A DNA stretch of 64,000 bases, taken from IMG/VR virus record IMGVR_UViG_2675903278_000002; one strand, given 5' to 3'. Position numbers and translations under genes: made by a program. The notes beneath the pieces were generated by a model. It made no database searches. It saw only the letters and a program-made list of their open reading frames with translations, and was not told the origin of the DNA. Within the stretch, counting starts at the first letter, position 1. Each line of letters begins with the position of its first letter. This document shows positions 1 through 10,000 of the stretch, in pieces. Source of the DNA: a virus (taxonomy: Duplodnaviria; Heunggongvirae; Uroviricota; Caudoviricetes).

Positions 1-150
1 TAAAGATGGTCAGCACAGCTTACCAAAATAAGACAACTAATTATCTTCGGTGATCTCAATATTTCCCCTGAACAAAGTTGACATGACGCCATAAACCCGT
101 TCTCTGTTTGATATAATTGATACAGATTTTATAAGTAGGAACCTATTAGA

Positions 151-582
151 GTGAACACTGATATTTTTTCTAAAATCATGGCCGATCTGGAGTTCGACCG
201 CGACAACCTTGAGGAAGTATGGCGTAAACAGCCACGGCTTTTAATGGAGTATGGGTCAAAACTAGCGCAGGCAGATCGAGATGTCGCAGAGGCAAAACTT
301 AACCTTGAAGCTGTTGAAGCAAAGCTATACGACACAGAGCGTAAGAACTTGAGTATGAACGGCATTAAGTTTAACGAGTCTGTACTGGACGCTAAGGTTA
401 AAACAAACCCACAGTATCTGTCTAAACGGCAGAAGTTGGATGAAGCACGGCACATCGCAGACATATACAAACATGCTGTCGCCGCCTTTTCGCATCGCCG
501 AGACATGATCGTTCAGGCGTCAAAGATGGCCATCGTTGAATTAGAGCGATTAGGCTCTGAACGCTTTATTACTCCCCGTTGA
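151..582 (+). CDS. hypothetical protein (small helical protein directly upstream of the SSB gene; possible recombination mediator by size and position only)
   Basis: 143-aa ORF, no diagnostic motif recognised; antisense ORF 129..506 judged spurious. Confidence 0.35.
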   Translation: MNTDIFSKIMADLEFDRDNLEEVWRKQPRLLMEYGSKLAQADRDVAEAKLNLEAVEAKLYDTERKNLSMNGIKFNESVLDAKVKTNPQYLSKRQKLDEARHIADIYKHAVAAFSHRRDMIVQASKMAIVELERLGSERFITPR

Positions 583-699
583 TTTTTGATAGATAATAAG
601 TAAGTACTGATCTATCATCTAACAGCTCGAAAGAGCCACGAATGAACGAAAGCCCAACGCGCATAGCGCCATCGGCCAAATCACAACAAGGAGAAACAC

Positions 700-1728
700 A
701 TGTCTAAGACATTACTTGATTTGCTTAACAAAACTCGTGAAGACATTGCCGCCAAACGTGGCAACAACGTTGATCTGACTCGCTTAAAAGACGGCGTCAA
801 CTATATCCGCATCTTCCCGAATAAAGACGACCCAAACGGTAAGTTCTTCCAGACTTTCGGTATGCACTACGTTAAGTATCAGAACGAGGAAGGTAAAGAA
901 GCAACCAACGCTTATATTTGTGAGCAACATACTCACGGTCGCGCTTGTCAGCTATGCGAAATGGTTATGGAAGGTCGCGCTCGTCACAAGGGTAACAAAG
1001 CAATGGAAGAACGCATCGGTCAAATGCGTGCCACTCCTCGCTACCTGGTCAACGGCATTCTTTCTGCTCGTGAGGATTTCGCAGATGCTGAGAAATGCCA
1101 GTTAATCGAGCTGCCGTCTACTGTATTCGATGATATCTGCAAAGCAATCACCGAAGACATCGCTGATGATATCGGCAATCCACTGAGCAAAGAGGAAGGC
1201 TACGCATTCCTGATTAAACGTACTGGCTCTGGTCGCGATACCAAATATGACGTCTCGCCTAAGCGTAAAGTCTACAAAGGCGATATCGAAGATAAATTCT
1301 GGAACACCCAGCATGATCTGATCGCATACGCAAATCAGGCTGATGAAACTCGTCTTCTGTCGACAGTTCGCACTATGGGTCGTCTGATTGGCATCGCTGC
1401 ACCAACTGCCGCAGCATCTGCACCAGCAATTTCCTCAACCGCGAAAACATCGGCTGCGGCACTACCTGGATTTGGCTCTGTCACTGGTCATACGGAGGGT
1501 GCGACTGCTGTAGCAACCGCTCACACCCCAGCTTCTGAACCAACCAGTCTGGTTGATGAAGAAATCCTCCGTGCCGTTGAAACTGAATTTAAACCAGAAG
1601 CAAGTTCCGCTGCCGTTGCCGTATCAGTCAAAGAGTCTGAAGCAGTCGCAGCGACATCTGTAGCAGCCGCATCTGCGACGGAAGACGAAGGTCTGGATGA
1701 CCTACTGAGAGAGCTGGACTCTCTGTAA
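700..1728 (+). CDS. single-stranded DNA-binding protein, T4 gp32-like
   Basis: gp32-like N-terminal core (IRIFPNKDD, Cys/His cluster CEQHTHGRACQLC), Ala/Ser-rich linker, acidic C-terminal tail DDLLRELDSL; start preceded by AAGGAGAAACACATG. Confidence 0.8.
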   Translation: MSKTLLDLLNKTREDIAAKRGNNVDLTRLKDGVNYIRIFPNKDDPNGKFFQTFGMHYVKYQNEEGKEATNAYICEQHTHGRACQLCEMVMEGRARHKGNKAMEERIGQMRATPRYLVNGILSAREDFADAEKCQLIELPSTVFDDICKAITEDIADDIGNPLSKEEGYAFLIKRTGSGRDTKYDVSPKRKVYKGDIEDKFWNTQHDLIAYANQADETRLLSTVRTMGRLIGIAAPTAAASAPAISSTAKTSAAALPGFGSVTGHTEGATAVATAHTPASEPTSLVDEEILRAVETEFKPEASSAAVAVSVKESEAVAATSVAAASATEDEGLDDLLRELDSL

Positions 1729-1744
1729 TCCCATTACGTGACCA

Positions 1745-1775
1745 GTAAGGCGTCTACGGACGCCTTACTTTTTGG
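1745..1775 (+). terminator. Rho-independent terminator after SSB gene
   Basis: perfect 10-bp stem GTAAGGCGTC/GACGCCTTAC, 4-nt loop, followed by TTTTT. Confidence 0.7.
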
Positions 1776-1788
1776 AAGGAATGTACCG

Positions 1789-2733
1789 GTGAATTATCTC
1801 TTCGTAGATGGCAATAGCCTGGGTTATTACCACCAACAATCTGACAAATTGCACAACGGCGAAATGGAAGTACAGGCTGCTTTCGGCTTTGTTAAGAACG
1901 TCCGTCGTTATGCCTCCATCCTCCATGCCCGACCTATGATTCTTTGGGATGGATTTAGTGACAAGCGTCGCGACTTTTACCCGGACTACAAAGCAAATCG
2001 CGACGACGATCCTGATATGAAAAAGATGAAGGAAGGCTTTGCTATCCAGAAGCCATACATCCTCAAAATGATGACCGCGCTTGGAGTTACCCAACTCATT
2101 GCAAAAGATGCAGAAGCGGATGATCTGGCCGGGCTGCTGGTATCCCGCATGGCACCGCAGCCAACCGTTGAACACATCTATCTGTTAACAGGCGATAGCG
2201 ACTGGCTTCAGTTAGTTCGTGAAAACGTAAGCTGGGTAAGCCTGCGTGAAGACGCCAAAAACAAGCAGGTTAATTTTGAGCAATTTGCGGAGCTGACAGG
2301 ATTCGCCACGCCTCGCGCATTTTTGGAAGCAAAAGCATTACAAGGCGATAACTCGGACAACATTAGCGGTGTTGGTGGCATTGGTGCTGGCGGTGCGAAA
2401 GAGCTGCTGCATGAATGGGGAAGTGTCGCAACGATGGTACGCGGCATCAACGACGGCTCAATCGTGGTTAATAAAGGGCGTCATAAGACCGCCTTCAACA
2501 AACTAGCGAAGAATGCCTTCAACGAGAAAACAGGCTGTCGAATGCTCGAAGCGTTCAAGAGAAACATCACGCTAATGAACCTGATTGAGACGAAGTTTCC
2601 GCCTACCGAAATCGAAACAATCAAAGGCAATCGTGACGTGAAAGCATTCGAGCAACTGTGCTACGAGCTGAATTTCCGTTCGTTCCTTGAAGACCTTGAA
2701 GTGTTTGTTCTTCCATTCGAAAGGTATTGCTAA
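1789..2733 (+). CDS. 5'-3' exonuclease / flap endonuclease (T4 RNase H-like, FEN family)
   Basis: FEN motifs (LTGDSDWLQL; H3TH region GDNSDNISGVGGIGAGGAKELL); start set at in-frame GTG 1789 downstream of the terminator hairpin (ORF track start 1738 lies upstream of the hairpin). Confidence 0.75.
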   Translation: MNYLFVDGNSLGYYHQQSDKLHNGEMEVQAAFGFVKNVRRYASILHARPMILWDGFSDKRRDFYPDYKANRDDDPDMKKMKEGFAIQKPYILKMMTALGVTQLIAKDAEADDLAGLLVSRMAPQPTVEHIYLLTGDSDWLQLVRENVSWVSLREDAKNKQVNFEQFAELTGFATPRAFLEAKALQGDNSDNISGVGGIGAGGAKELLHEWGSVATMVRGINDGSIVVNKGRHKTAFNKLAKNAFNEKTGCRMLEAFKRNITLMNLIETKFPPTEIETIKGNRDVKAFEQLCYELNFRSFLEDLEVFVLPFERYC

Positions 2734-2999
2734 TGCTTAAATCGATTATCAATGGCGCTACAACCACCCCTGCCCAACTGGCAAAAGAGATTGTCTTTTA
2801 TCACGGTGAGTACGCTGTCATCGCACTGCCGTCAATTCTAGGCGCTGCCGGAATGAAAGCGACAGATCGCGAGTTTGGATTAGTCAGCGAGCAGGTCGTA
2901 AAAATCCTCGCTCGTGTATCCAGACTCCTTAACCACGATGCGATTGTATTCGATGAATCCGCCGCTTTAAAACGAATCAACGAAACAAAAGGAGCCTGA
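2733..2999 (+). CDS. hypothetical protein
   Basis: ATG overlaps upstream stop (TAATG coupling); 88 aa. Confidence 0.45.
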   Translation: MLKSIINGATTTPAQLAKEIVFYHGEYAVIALPSILGAAGMKATDREFGLVSEQVVKILARVSRLLNHDAIVFDESAALKRINETKGA

Positions 3000-3001
3000 T
3001 C

Positions 3002-4075
3002 ATGGCAAAAGGAAAATCCGCACTGGCACTTGCTCTGAAAAAGAAAATCGGTAGCAACGACGAAATTCAGAAAGTAACTCATTGGATTGATACAGGCTTT
3101 CCACCGTTAAACAAAGCTATTTCTGGTCGTTACGATGGCGGCTTCCCATGTGGTCGTATCGTCGAAGTATTCGGTCCTCCAAGTGCAGGGAAAACGTTCC
3201 TTGCAACAGCAGCGATGATCTCCGCTCAAAAACAAGATGGTCTGGCGGTATTCCTCGATCATGAAAACAGTTTTGACGTTGGCCTGGCTGTAGCCAATGG
3301 CCTGAACGCAGATGAGGATGACGGTCAGTGGGTATACAAGCAGCCAGATACCTTCGAAGACTCTGTAGAGTTGATCGGCACAATACTTAAATTGGTTCGT
3401 GATGAAGAGCTTATCCCCGAATCAGCACCTATCTGTATCGTGGCTGACTCTCTTGCGTCTATGGTTCCGAACTCCAAAGCCGAGAAGTTCGAAAAGATGG
3501 CTGAAGGCACTGCCAAAGACAAAGATCAGCTAAACATGAACGACAATACGGCACTGGCTCGTGCGACGAGTGCGAACTTCCCTACTCTGGCTTTGTGGGC
3601 ACGCAAATACAACGCCTGCATCATCTTCTTGAATCAGGTTCGCACAAAAATCGGTGTAATGTTTGGCGACCCTACTACGTCGCCAGGTGGAGATTCACCG
3701 AAGTTCTACGCTTCTGTACGTATCCGTCTTGGTGCATCGGTGATGAAGGATGGTAAAGAGAAGATCGGCCAGGACGTAGGCGCAGAATGCATCAAAAACA
3801 AAGTTGCACCACCGTATGGCAAATGCACCTGGAAATTCTACTTCGATCCTACTCGTGGCCTCGACGTTATCGAATCGCTCGTCGAGTACATGCTGGAAGA
3901 AGGATACCTGCCAAAGAACGCCAGCGGGCGAGTTGAAATTGGTGACAAGAAATACACCAAATCGCAGATCGTTGAGATGTATCGGGAGAAGCCACTGGCT
4001 GAAATCATTGCGGCTTTGCAGGCAATCGACGACCGAAGAGCAAAAGACAACCCCACCGAGTCAGTAGAAGAGTAA
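3002..4075 (+). CDS. RecA/UvsX-like recombinase
   Basis: Walker A GPPSAGKTF, RecA-fold core, 357 aa, acidic C-terminus. Confidence 0.85.
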   Translation: MAKGKSALALALKKKIGSNDEIQKVTHWIDTGFPPLNKAISGRYDGGFPCGRIVEVFGPPSAGKTFLATAAMISAQKQDGLAVFLDHENSFDVGLAVANGLNADEDDGQWVYKQPDTFEDSVELIGTILKLVRDEELIPESAPICIVADSLASMVPNSKAEKFEKMAEGTAKDKDQLNMNDNTALARATSANFPTLALWARKYNACIIFLNQVRTKIGVMFGDPTTSPGGDSPKFYASVRIRLGASVMKDGKEKIGQDVGAECIKNKVAPPYGKCTWKFYFDPTRGLDVIESLVEYMLEEGYLPKNASGRVEIGDKKYTKSQIVEMYREKPLAEIIAALQAIDDRRAKDNPTESVEE

Positions 4076-4080
4076 ACACA

Positions 4081-4106
4081 AGGCGTCCACAGGACGCCTT
4101 TTTTAT
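4081..4106 (+). terminator. Rho-independent terminator after recombinase gene
   Basis: AGGCGTCC-ACAG-GGACGCCT hairpin followed by TTTTTT. Confidence 0.7.
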
Positions 4107-4167
4107 CTCTTGAAAATATATAAGTACTTACTTATTATTTTCGCATAACAACCACATAGGAAAACAC

Positions 4168-4368
4168 ATGATCAAAATCTATCTATTGGCAGTAACCACA
4201 GGCCTTTCAGTGGCTCTCATCTACGGTTTACTGGTTCCGTCGCTGATTTCTACCAAGAGTGATTTAGCCGTCATGTTTGGAGTTATCGTTGGTTTTGGTG
4301 CTCCTGTAATCGGTCTTATTGCTGGTCGTAAGTTTATCAACTCATTAATCAAAGCAAAGGGGAAATAA
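4168..4368 (+). CDS. small membrane protein (2 predicted TM helices)
   Basis: 66 aa, two hydrophobic segments; coupled to downstream SPFH gene (4-nt gap). Confidence 0.5.
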   Translation: MIKIYLLAVTTGLSVALIYGLLVPSLISTKSDLAVMFGVIVGFGAPVIGLIAGRKFINSLIKAKGK

Positions 4369-4371
4369 GTA

Positions 4372-5202
4372 ATGAAGAAAGGTTTACTTGCAGTTGCTCT
4401 GGCGGCTATTTGCACAATGGGTCTTACTGGCTGCGATCGCGTGGAGCCTGGATACGTTGGCATCAAAGTAAACAAATTAGGTGAAGACAAAGGGATTGGT
4501 GAAGTGGTTGGCGTTGGTCGCCAATGGACAGGTCTTAACACCGAACTTTACGTATTCCCGACCTTCAAACAAATGAAGACCTACGACGAGCCGTTCACAT
4601 TCCAGATGAGTGACGGTACTGCTATTGGTCACAAAATTGGCGTTGCGTATCTGGTTAATCGTGACAAGGTAACGACGGTGTTCCAGACCTATCGCAAAGG
4701 CGTAGACGATATCACCGAATCAGATCTGCGTCAGAAAATTGCCGACTCTCTAAACCGTTTGGCCAGCCGTATGACCACTGACTCATTTATCGACGGTGGT
4801 AAGGCACAATTGCTGGACAACGCACTGAAAGATATTCAGAAAGAGATGTCTCCGGTTGGTATTGAGGTACTGAGCCTGTCATGGGTTGGAAAGCCTGATT
4901 ACCCAAAAACTGTCATTGAATCTATTAACGCCAAAGTAACGGCTAACCAGCGTACTCTGCAACGTCAGCAGGAAGTTGAACAACGTAAAGCTGAGGCGAA
5001 TATGCTACGTGAACAGGCTAATGGTGAAGCTGATGCTATCCGTGCTCGTGCGCAAGCAGAAGCAGACGCCATTCGTCTGCGCGGTGAAGCTCTGCGTCAA
5101 AACCCGAACGTTATGGAACTGGAAGCCATCAATAAATGGAATGGCCAGTTACCGCAGTACATGACTCAAGGGGCTAACACTCCTTTCATTACAGTGAAAT
5201 AA
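4372..5202 (+). CDS. SPFH/band-7 (stomatin/prohibitin-like) lipoprotein
   Basis: signal peptide with lipobox (LTGC), SPFH-like core, Ala/Glu/Arg/Gln-rich coiled C-terminal region. Confidence 0.55.
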   Translation: MKKGLLAVALAAICTMGLTGCDRVEPGYVGIKVNKLGEDKGIGEVVGVGRQWTGLNTELYVFPTFKQMKTYDEPFTFQMSDGTAIGHKIGVAYLVNRDKVTTVFQTYRKGVDDITESDLRQKIADSLNRLASRMTTDSFIDGGKAQLLDNALKDIQKEMSPVGIEVLSLSWVGKPDYPKTVIESINAKVTANQRTLQRQQEVEQRKAEANMLREQANGEADAIRARAQAEADAIRLRGEALRQNPNVMELEAINKWNGQLPQYMTQGANTPFITVK

Positions 5203-5218
5203 CTCCCCTAAAAAGTTC

Positions 5219-5244
5219 AGGCGTCCAGTTGGACGCCTTTTTTA
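5219..5244 (+). terminator. Rho-independent terminator
   Basis: AGGCGTCC-AGTT-GGACGCCT hairpin plus T6. Confidence 0.7.
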
Positions 5245-5293
5245 TCGCAATTATCTTATTAAGAAAACAATTTGTTTAAAAGGATAAGAAAAC

Positions 5294-5719
5294 ATGACAG
5301 CTATTAAGAAACTCTACGATGCCGCAAACGTGGCTCTGGATGTTATTGATGATGAAGTAGCAAAAGGCTTTCCTGAACCTGATTGGGCGCATCAGCTACG
5401 AAACGCTATCGCAGAAATGACCCCACCAGATCCAACCCCCGACGAGACAGACTGGCAGCGATTCATCCGTATGTACGCTCAGGAAATAGGTCCAACGCCA
5501 ACGGCAGAGCAGGCAATGCTGCTGAAATACTTCAAAGAGGCGGGAGAGGATTTACCAATTGATGACTCAGCATATTGGTTCCACTGCGCATGGCGTAAGT
5601 ATGACGTGATATTCACACAAGGCATGGGAAGCAAAGATATGGTTGTGTGGCATCTACTCCATATAGACACAGCCGTTGACAGAGTTATTGAACAGTTTTT
5701 CCCTAAACAAGAAGATTGA
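5294..5719 (+). CDS. hypothetical protein
   Basis: 141-aa ORF preceded by AAGAAAACAATTTGTTT motif. Confidence 0.5.
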   Translation: MTAIKKLYDAANVALDVIDDEVAKGFPEPDWAHQLRNAIAEMTPPDPTPDETDWQRFIRMYAQEIGPTPTAEQAMLLKYFKEAGEDLPIDDSAYWFHCAWRKYDVIFTQGMGSKDMVVWHLLHIDTAVDRVIEQFFPKQED

Positions 5720-5774
5720 TCGCCTATTCATAACTAACAAAATAAGTAAACACTAACCACAAAAGGAAAAACAC

Positions 5775-6050
5775 ATGAGAGTTTTAGTTCGAATCGTTAC
5801 CAGCACTGTCTATGACGTGTTTCCGCTTTTTATGGTCAAAGCCGATGGCCTTAACGACGAAGAAACTGACGCGCTGATCCAGCGTATTCTCGTTGAATAT
5901 ACAGGTCATGACGCTGATTCAGTGATGGTTGATGATGATGGTGTTTGTTGGCATAACGGCAACTGTTGGTACGTAGAAGAGACTCAACAAATCAGTGATG
6001 AAGATGCCGAACATCTTGAGCGTATTTTAAGCATCAGCACTTTTGAGTGA
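5775..6050 (+). CDS. hypothetical protein
   Basis: 91-aa ORF preceded by conserved leader AAAGGAAAAACACATG. Confidence 0.5.
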   Translation: MRVLVRIVTSTVYDVFPLFMVKADGLNDEETDALIQRILVEYTGHDADSVMVDDDGVCWHNGNCWYVEETQQISDEDAEHLERILSISTFE

Positions 6051-6265
6051 GTTTACAGTAAAATTTATATAAGTTAGTATCTACCTATCATGAAGATTTT
6101 TATTGAATACTTGTTACTCATCGTTTCAATAGCTTTTGTCATCGACTGCATTTTCACTGGTGTCATTCGTAAAGTCTTTTCCCCGGTGCACGACGTAGTC
6201 ATAAACGCTTTGGCTATCGTGCTCGTATTTAATTCAGCATTTGATGTAATCAAAGAGGTGGCAGC

Positions 6266-6601
6266 ATGAAGGCCATCCCATTCGCGCTGTTGTTCCTTTC
6301 TTCGATCGTTGTGGCCGACACCACTGTTTATCAGTGTGAAATGTCTGTAGCCGACGTTAAGAATGGCGCTCTTACCGACGTCATAAAAGCACCATATGGA
6401 GCGATGGTCGTAGACAGCGGCGACCAGTTCTATGTTGTGCGTGACGATCGAGTGTTGTCATCCCCATATCTCACAAATCGTAATGGCAAATTAACCGGCG
6501 TCGGAGAAGACCACTTCGTATACAACAAATACAAGGGCTTCTATGGCGTTCACGCTTCTCAGCAAAGCTACCTTTTCGATGACTGCAAGGAGGTTGGATA
6601 A
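6266..6601 (+). CDS. hypothetical exported protein
   Basis: N-terminal signal peptide (MKAIPFALLFLSSIVVA), 111 aa. Confidence 0.45.
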   Translation: MKAIPFALLFLSSIVVADTTVYQCEMSVADVKNGALTDVIKAPYGAMVVDSGDQFYVVRDDRVLSSPYLTNRNGKLTGVGEDHFVYNKYKGFYGVHASQQSYLFDDCKEVG

Positions 6602-6813
6602 TGGCATTAACACTGGCAGGTCTGGAAATCGAGAAAACAAGCGGCTACTGGCGTGCTAAGGGTTTCAAGCAGCCTGGCATTCTTGAGCGTCTGGAACGTG
6701 AAGATGGGTATATCGTCCACCAGCGGCGTGAATGGCGTATGTACGATCCAGAAACAGGAAAACTGACTACAAAAGCCGGAACACTTTGGGGTCTGTTGAA
6801 GAAAATACACTAA
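6601..6813 (+). CDS. hypothetical protein
   Basis: 70-aa ORF, start overlaps upstream stop. Confidence 0.4.
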   Translation: MALTLAGLEIEKTSGYWRAKGFKQPGILERLEREDGYIVHQRREWRMYDPETGKLTTKAGTLWGLLKKIH

Positions 6814-6820
6814 TAGCACC

Positions 6821-7303
6821 AACCACTGCGGTGAGTAGTCTGCTCACCGCATTCGTATCCAGCTCATTATCCACTGTAGTCAGTAACAAAACCTTCCTAC
6901 ATATCTGCTAACCACTGTAGCGAGTAGACAGCCTTTCATTCGCATCAAACAACCACTATGGTGAGTATTGGAGTGAGATGTCCAGCGGGTATCCACTATG
7001 GTGAGTAAGCCTTTGCTGTTTTCAGTGGATATCCACTCGCCACAGTGGATACGCTCAAAGATGAGGGCGACAACAACCACTATAGACAGTAAATTTTCCA
7101 AGATACCCAGTGACCACTAACCTCGCAGCCCTTGTTTCATCAGTGTTAGTGATCACTAACATTTAATTCAGTATTTGCATTCTACTGCCTACAGTGGTTA
7201 TCAACAGATAACGATACTCACTATAGTGGATAGCGAATTACAGATATAAGTAAGGCTCACTACAGTGGATAGTGAGCCTTACTACTAACTACAGTGGTTG
7301 GGC
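6821..7303. repeat. iteron array downstream of repA (about 10 copies of a ~19-bp repeat, both orientations; incA-like)
   Basis: repeated (A/T)ACCACT(A/G)T(A/G)G(T/C)GAGTA units at ~6821, 6869, 6910, 6951, 6991, 7026-7053 (palindromic pair), 7075, and inverted copies at ~7217, 7257, 7287. Confidence 0.75.
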
Positions 7304-8358
7304 TATTTGCGAGTCTTTGCCTTGCGCAACTCTTCGAGAAGCGCCAGTTCTTCTTTACTCAACATGACCATTTTGCCTTCTTTTTCGTCAGGCACAACGT
7401 CGATAATGTCATCTTGATTCTCATCTGGGAGGCTATATTCCGTCTCATCATTATCGATTTTTGTTGATATTTGTGCCTGGCGTAACTTTGGCCGCCTATA
7501 GTGGATGACGAAGTAGACCGAGTTTCCGCGCTTAACTTCCGTGTAATCGAGATATCCTATCTCTCGCAGCTGTTCCATAGCCTTTCTTACCGTCGCATTC
7601 TGAGTAATAGTGCGACTTGTCAGATTAAGTCTGGCGCGTAAACGGGCTAGTGATATTGGTGCCGGATCAGGCGGCAAACTTTCAATAAAAGTATAAAGCG
7701 CCTGAGCGGATTCTTTTCTTGAGAGTTCGTTTATAGCCCGGAGTTGCAGAAGAACCTTTTTGTCGAACTGGTAGAGTTCGAAAATCTTGGGATCTGCTTT
7801 CAGTTCGACCGTATCGTGCTTGACACTATATTTTGCCGTTTGCACAAGATGCGTTACGTAAAACTCATCAGAGCCTTTGCTACGGAACGAGATGGTATTT
7901 GTGGCAATACGGCTTAGCGAACTGTCCAGGCGTTTGCGTAACTTCGCTGATGACCTGGCGGTCGGAATGCCACACAGCCTTACAAACTCAACGAACGGCA
8001 ACGTGACAGTATCGCCAACGACCTTGTGTTTGGCAAACGCGTGGATTATTCCCACCCACGTTTTAAAGTCGTTATCCATATCAAGCCGAAGGCCAGAGAT
8101 CCTTATGTCTTCGTACCCTTCGGCTTTTGCCAGAGACAGCTGTTTGAGTTCAGCAGAGGCATCCATAGAGACCATTTGCCCCTTTCTTCCTCTGGATGTC
8201 GATTTCAGCGTCGGAACGAAGAGGCCCAGACGCATCAAAGCAACAGGCTGAACAGTGTTATTAGTGTTAGGAACCAACGTAACAACTTCGCCTGTCTTTT
8301 TATCTGTTTCTGAAAATGCTTCAACGATCGCTATGTTTTTATTGCCGTTTTCGCTCAT
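7303..8358 (-). CDS. repA: plasmid replication initiator RepA (P1 RepA / RepFIB family)
   Basis: 351 aa; recalled similarity to P1 RepA ([30 protein letters not shown]); flanked by iteron arrays. Confidence 0.8.
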   Translation of the reverse strand: MSENGNKNIAIVEAFSETDKKTGEVVTLVPNTNNTVQPVALMRLGLFVPTLKSTSRGRKGQMVSMDASAELKQLSLAKAEGYEDIRISGLRLDMDNDFKTWVGIIHAFAKHKVVGDTVTLPFVEFVRLCGIPTARSSAKLRKRLDSSLSRIATNTISFRSKGSDEFYVTHLVQTAKYSVKHDTVELKADPKIFELYQFDKKVLLQLRAINELSRKESAQALYTFIESLPPDPAPISLARLRARLNLTSRTITQNATVRKAMEQLREIGYLDYTEVKRGNSVYFVIHYRRPKLRQAQISTKIDNDETEYSLPDENQDDIIDVVPDEKEGKMVMLSKEELALLEELRKAKTRK

Positions 8359-8403
8359 TCCAAATGTCTCTTGTTATTCGACGGCTTTGGTGGCCTTTGC
8401 TGA

Positions 8404-8528
8404 TTACAGTGGATAGTAGCACTCATCACAGCGGTTATCCTACCGTCTATAGTGGTTTTTCTCCTCTCTATAGTGGTTGCTTTGCTCCCTATAGTGGATT
8501 ATTCGCTCTCTATAGTGGATATCGATCA
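8404..8528. repeat. six direct ~21-bp iterons immediately upstream of repA (origin/incC-like)
   Basis: TC(T/C)CTATAGTGG(A/T)T units at ~8404, 8425, 8445, 8466, 8487, 8508. Confidence 0.8.
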
Positions 8529-8559
8529 TGTCTGAAGGCAGATGGCACAACGGTTTGAG

Positions 8560-8690
8560 GTGGGCGGGGATCTTATTGGGTCTTTATGGGTCTCTTTGGT
8601 TCTCTTTGTGATCTGAATTACTGGATCGGGCCTGTGGATAAAAATCAGAGGATTTCAAGAACAGGTAACTCTACTCTTCTGTGGATATTT
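8560..8690. promoter_or_regulatory. origin-proximal region with perfect DnaA box and GATC sites
   Basis: TGTGGATAA at 8633-8641 (reverse complement of TTATCCACA); second near-box at ~8679; GATC at 8569, 8610, 8624; TCTCTTT repeats. Confidence 0.6.
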
Positions 8691-8800
8691 AAGGACATAA
8701 GAATCATGACTAAGAGTAGAGTTTAAAATATATCTATGTATATCAGTATGTTAATGAAGAATTAAGTCATTAAGTTATCCATAAAAGACAATGTGCTCTA

Positions 8801-8908
8801 CTCTCTACAGTGGATATATACAGCTCTCCAGAGTGGTTGTTTTACTCTTCATAGCGGTTATTCAGCTCTCTACAGAGGTTTCTTTGCTCTCCATAGTGGA
8901 TGGCAACA
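8801..8908. repeat. second array of five direct ~21-bp iterons
   Basis: units at ~8801, 8824, 8846, 8867, 8888, preceded by an AT-rich stretch (8690-8790). Confidence 0.7.
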
Positions 8909-8944
8909 CCCTTTCAGACCAGTAACCGCAACGGCTAGAGGCGA

Positions 8945-9005
8945 TCGGGGATCTCTTTGGATCTTCTATTTGATCTTACTTGGGATCTCTTATTTGGATC
9001 TATCC
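8945..9005. promoter_or_regulatory. cluster of five GGATCT/TGATCT heptamers (Dam sites) at ~11-14 bp spacing plus DnaA-box-like site
   Basis: GGATCTC, GGATCTT, TGATCTT, GGATCTC, GGATCTA within ~55 bp; TTATCCACT-like box on opposite strand at ~8993. Confidence 0.6.
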
Positions 9006-9101
9006 AGTGGATAACTGGGATAAGTAAAACAGGCAAATGCAGATTAAGGTATGCCTAATGAGTTATCGTAGCATCGGCCAATAACTACTGAAAAAACGAT
9101 T

Positions 9102-9746
9102 ATGGATCTAAAACGCACGCGCTGGGTTCGTCGTCTTGAGGACGGCTCCTACACTATCGAATCAAATTCCAACCTGAATAAGCAGAAGTTACTTTGTGAT
9201 ATCTGCGGTATAGCGGCGAAGTGCCCGATCTACGAAACCAGAATTAAACTTGATAAGGCTGGTGTGAACTTTCATTTGAATAGTTGTATCAGGTACGTTC
9301 CATTGCTCGCATTTCGTAAACCGATCATCGGATTGGATGCGCCCTACTTCAACACACTCCGTTCAGGAGTAACGTGGCGAGATCGTTTATCACCAGACAA
9401 ACTGATTTGCCTTGTATCCGCAGATACAGGAAAAATCATTCGTTTTGGGAAAGTAGACAAGGTTTACTCAGGCCCAGTTGACGAGATGTTGCGGAAACAC
9501 AGCCGGTTTAATCACCTCTGCATGGGTGGTGAGAAAATCGAGAAGGTTGAAGAAGTGATCCGCAAATCCTACGGACACTTCCTGACCAAAGATAGCCTGC
9601 TCACTGCAATCTACATCAGACATGTAAAACGTGAGTTCGACCTTGAATACCATAGCGAAGAAGAACTGAACCTTGTCGATCCACGTCCTAAAGCTGGCGT
9701 CATAAGCATAAATGCAGCGCGTAAAAAGCCCACTGACGCGCTGTAA
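9102..9746 (+). CDS. hypothetical protein (Cys-containing, next to origin)
   Basis: 214-aa ORF; followed by hairpin at ~9769-9792. Confidence 0.5.
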   Translation: MDLKRTRWVRRLEDGSYTIESNSNLNKQKLLCDICGIAAKCPIYETRIKLDKAGVNFHLNSCIRYVPLLAFRKPIIGLDAPYFNTLRSGVTWRDRLSPDKLICLVSADTGKIIRFGKVDKVYSGPVDEMLRKHSRFNHLCMGGEKIEKVEEVIRKSYGHFLTKDSLLTAIYIRHVKREFDLEYHSEEELNLVDPRPKAGVISINAARKKPTDAL

Positions 9747-10000
9747 CCCTCCAGATCGTATATTGGCGTAGATAGAATCTACGCCCCCTCAAAATAGCTC
9801 TCATAGCGTTCTACAGTGATCCAGTCTTATTTTTAGTCATACAGACAAGCAAAGTTGCGCCACGATAAATAGGTATATACTTACTTATAAATTTTGTATA
9901 TTAAGGCGCTCGTTTCATTCCTAACATACCGTTATGCATAGTTGTTTACCTCCTCATTGCTCTTAGAATTTGTATCAAAATAACCACAAAGGAAAAACAC

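Noticed and set aside
129-506. 125-aa minus-strand ORF (and similar antisense ORFs such as 1102..1314, 1765..2175, 3117..3522, 11460..11756, 14840..15121, 29821..30297, 53380..53898)
   Set aside because: Each overlaps a plus-strand gene with clear motifs or operon context; low-complexity translations; judged to be antisense artefacts.
8026-8558. ORFs 8026..8313 and 8316..8558 (and 7877..8251, 8793..9014)
   Set aside because: They run through repA antisense or through the iteron arrays; translations are repetitive (YSGF.. repeats mirror the iterons); treated as non-coding.
6821-8908. CRISPR array
   Set aside because: Repeats are ~19-21 bp iterons with variable spacing, without unique spacers of uniform length, and flank a repA gene; this is a plasmid origin, not CRISPR.
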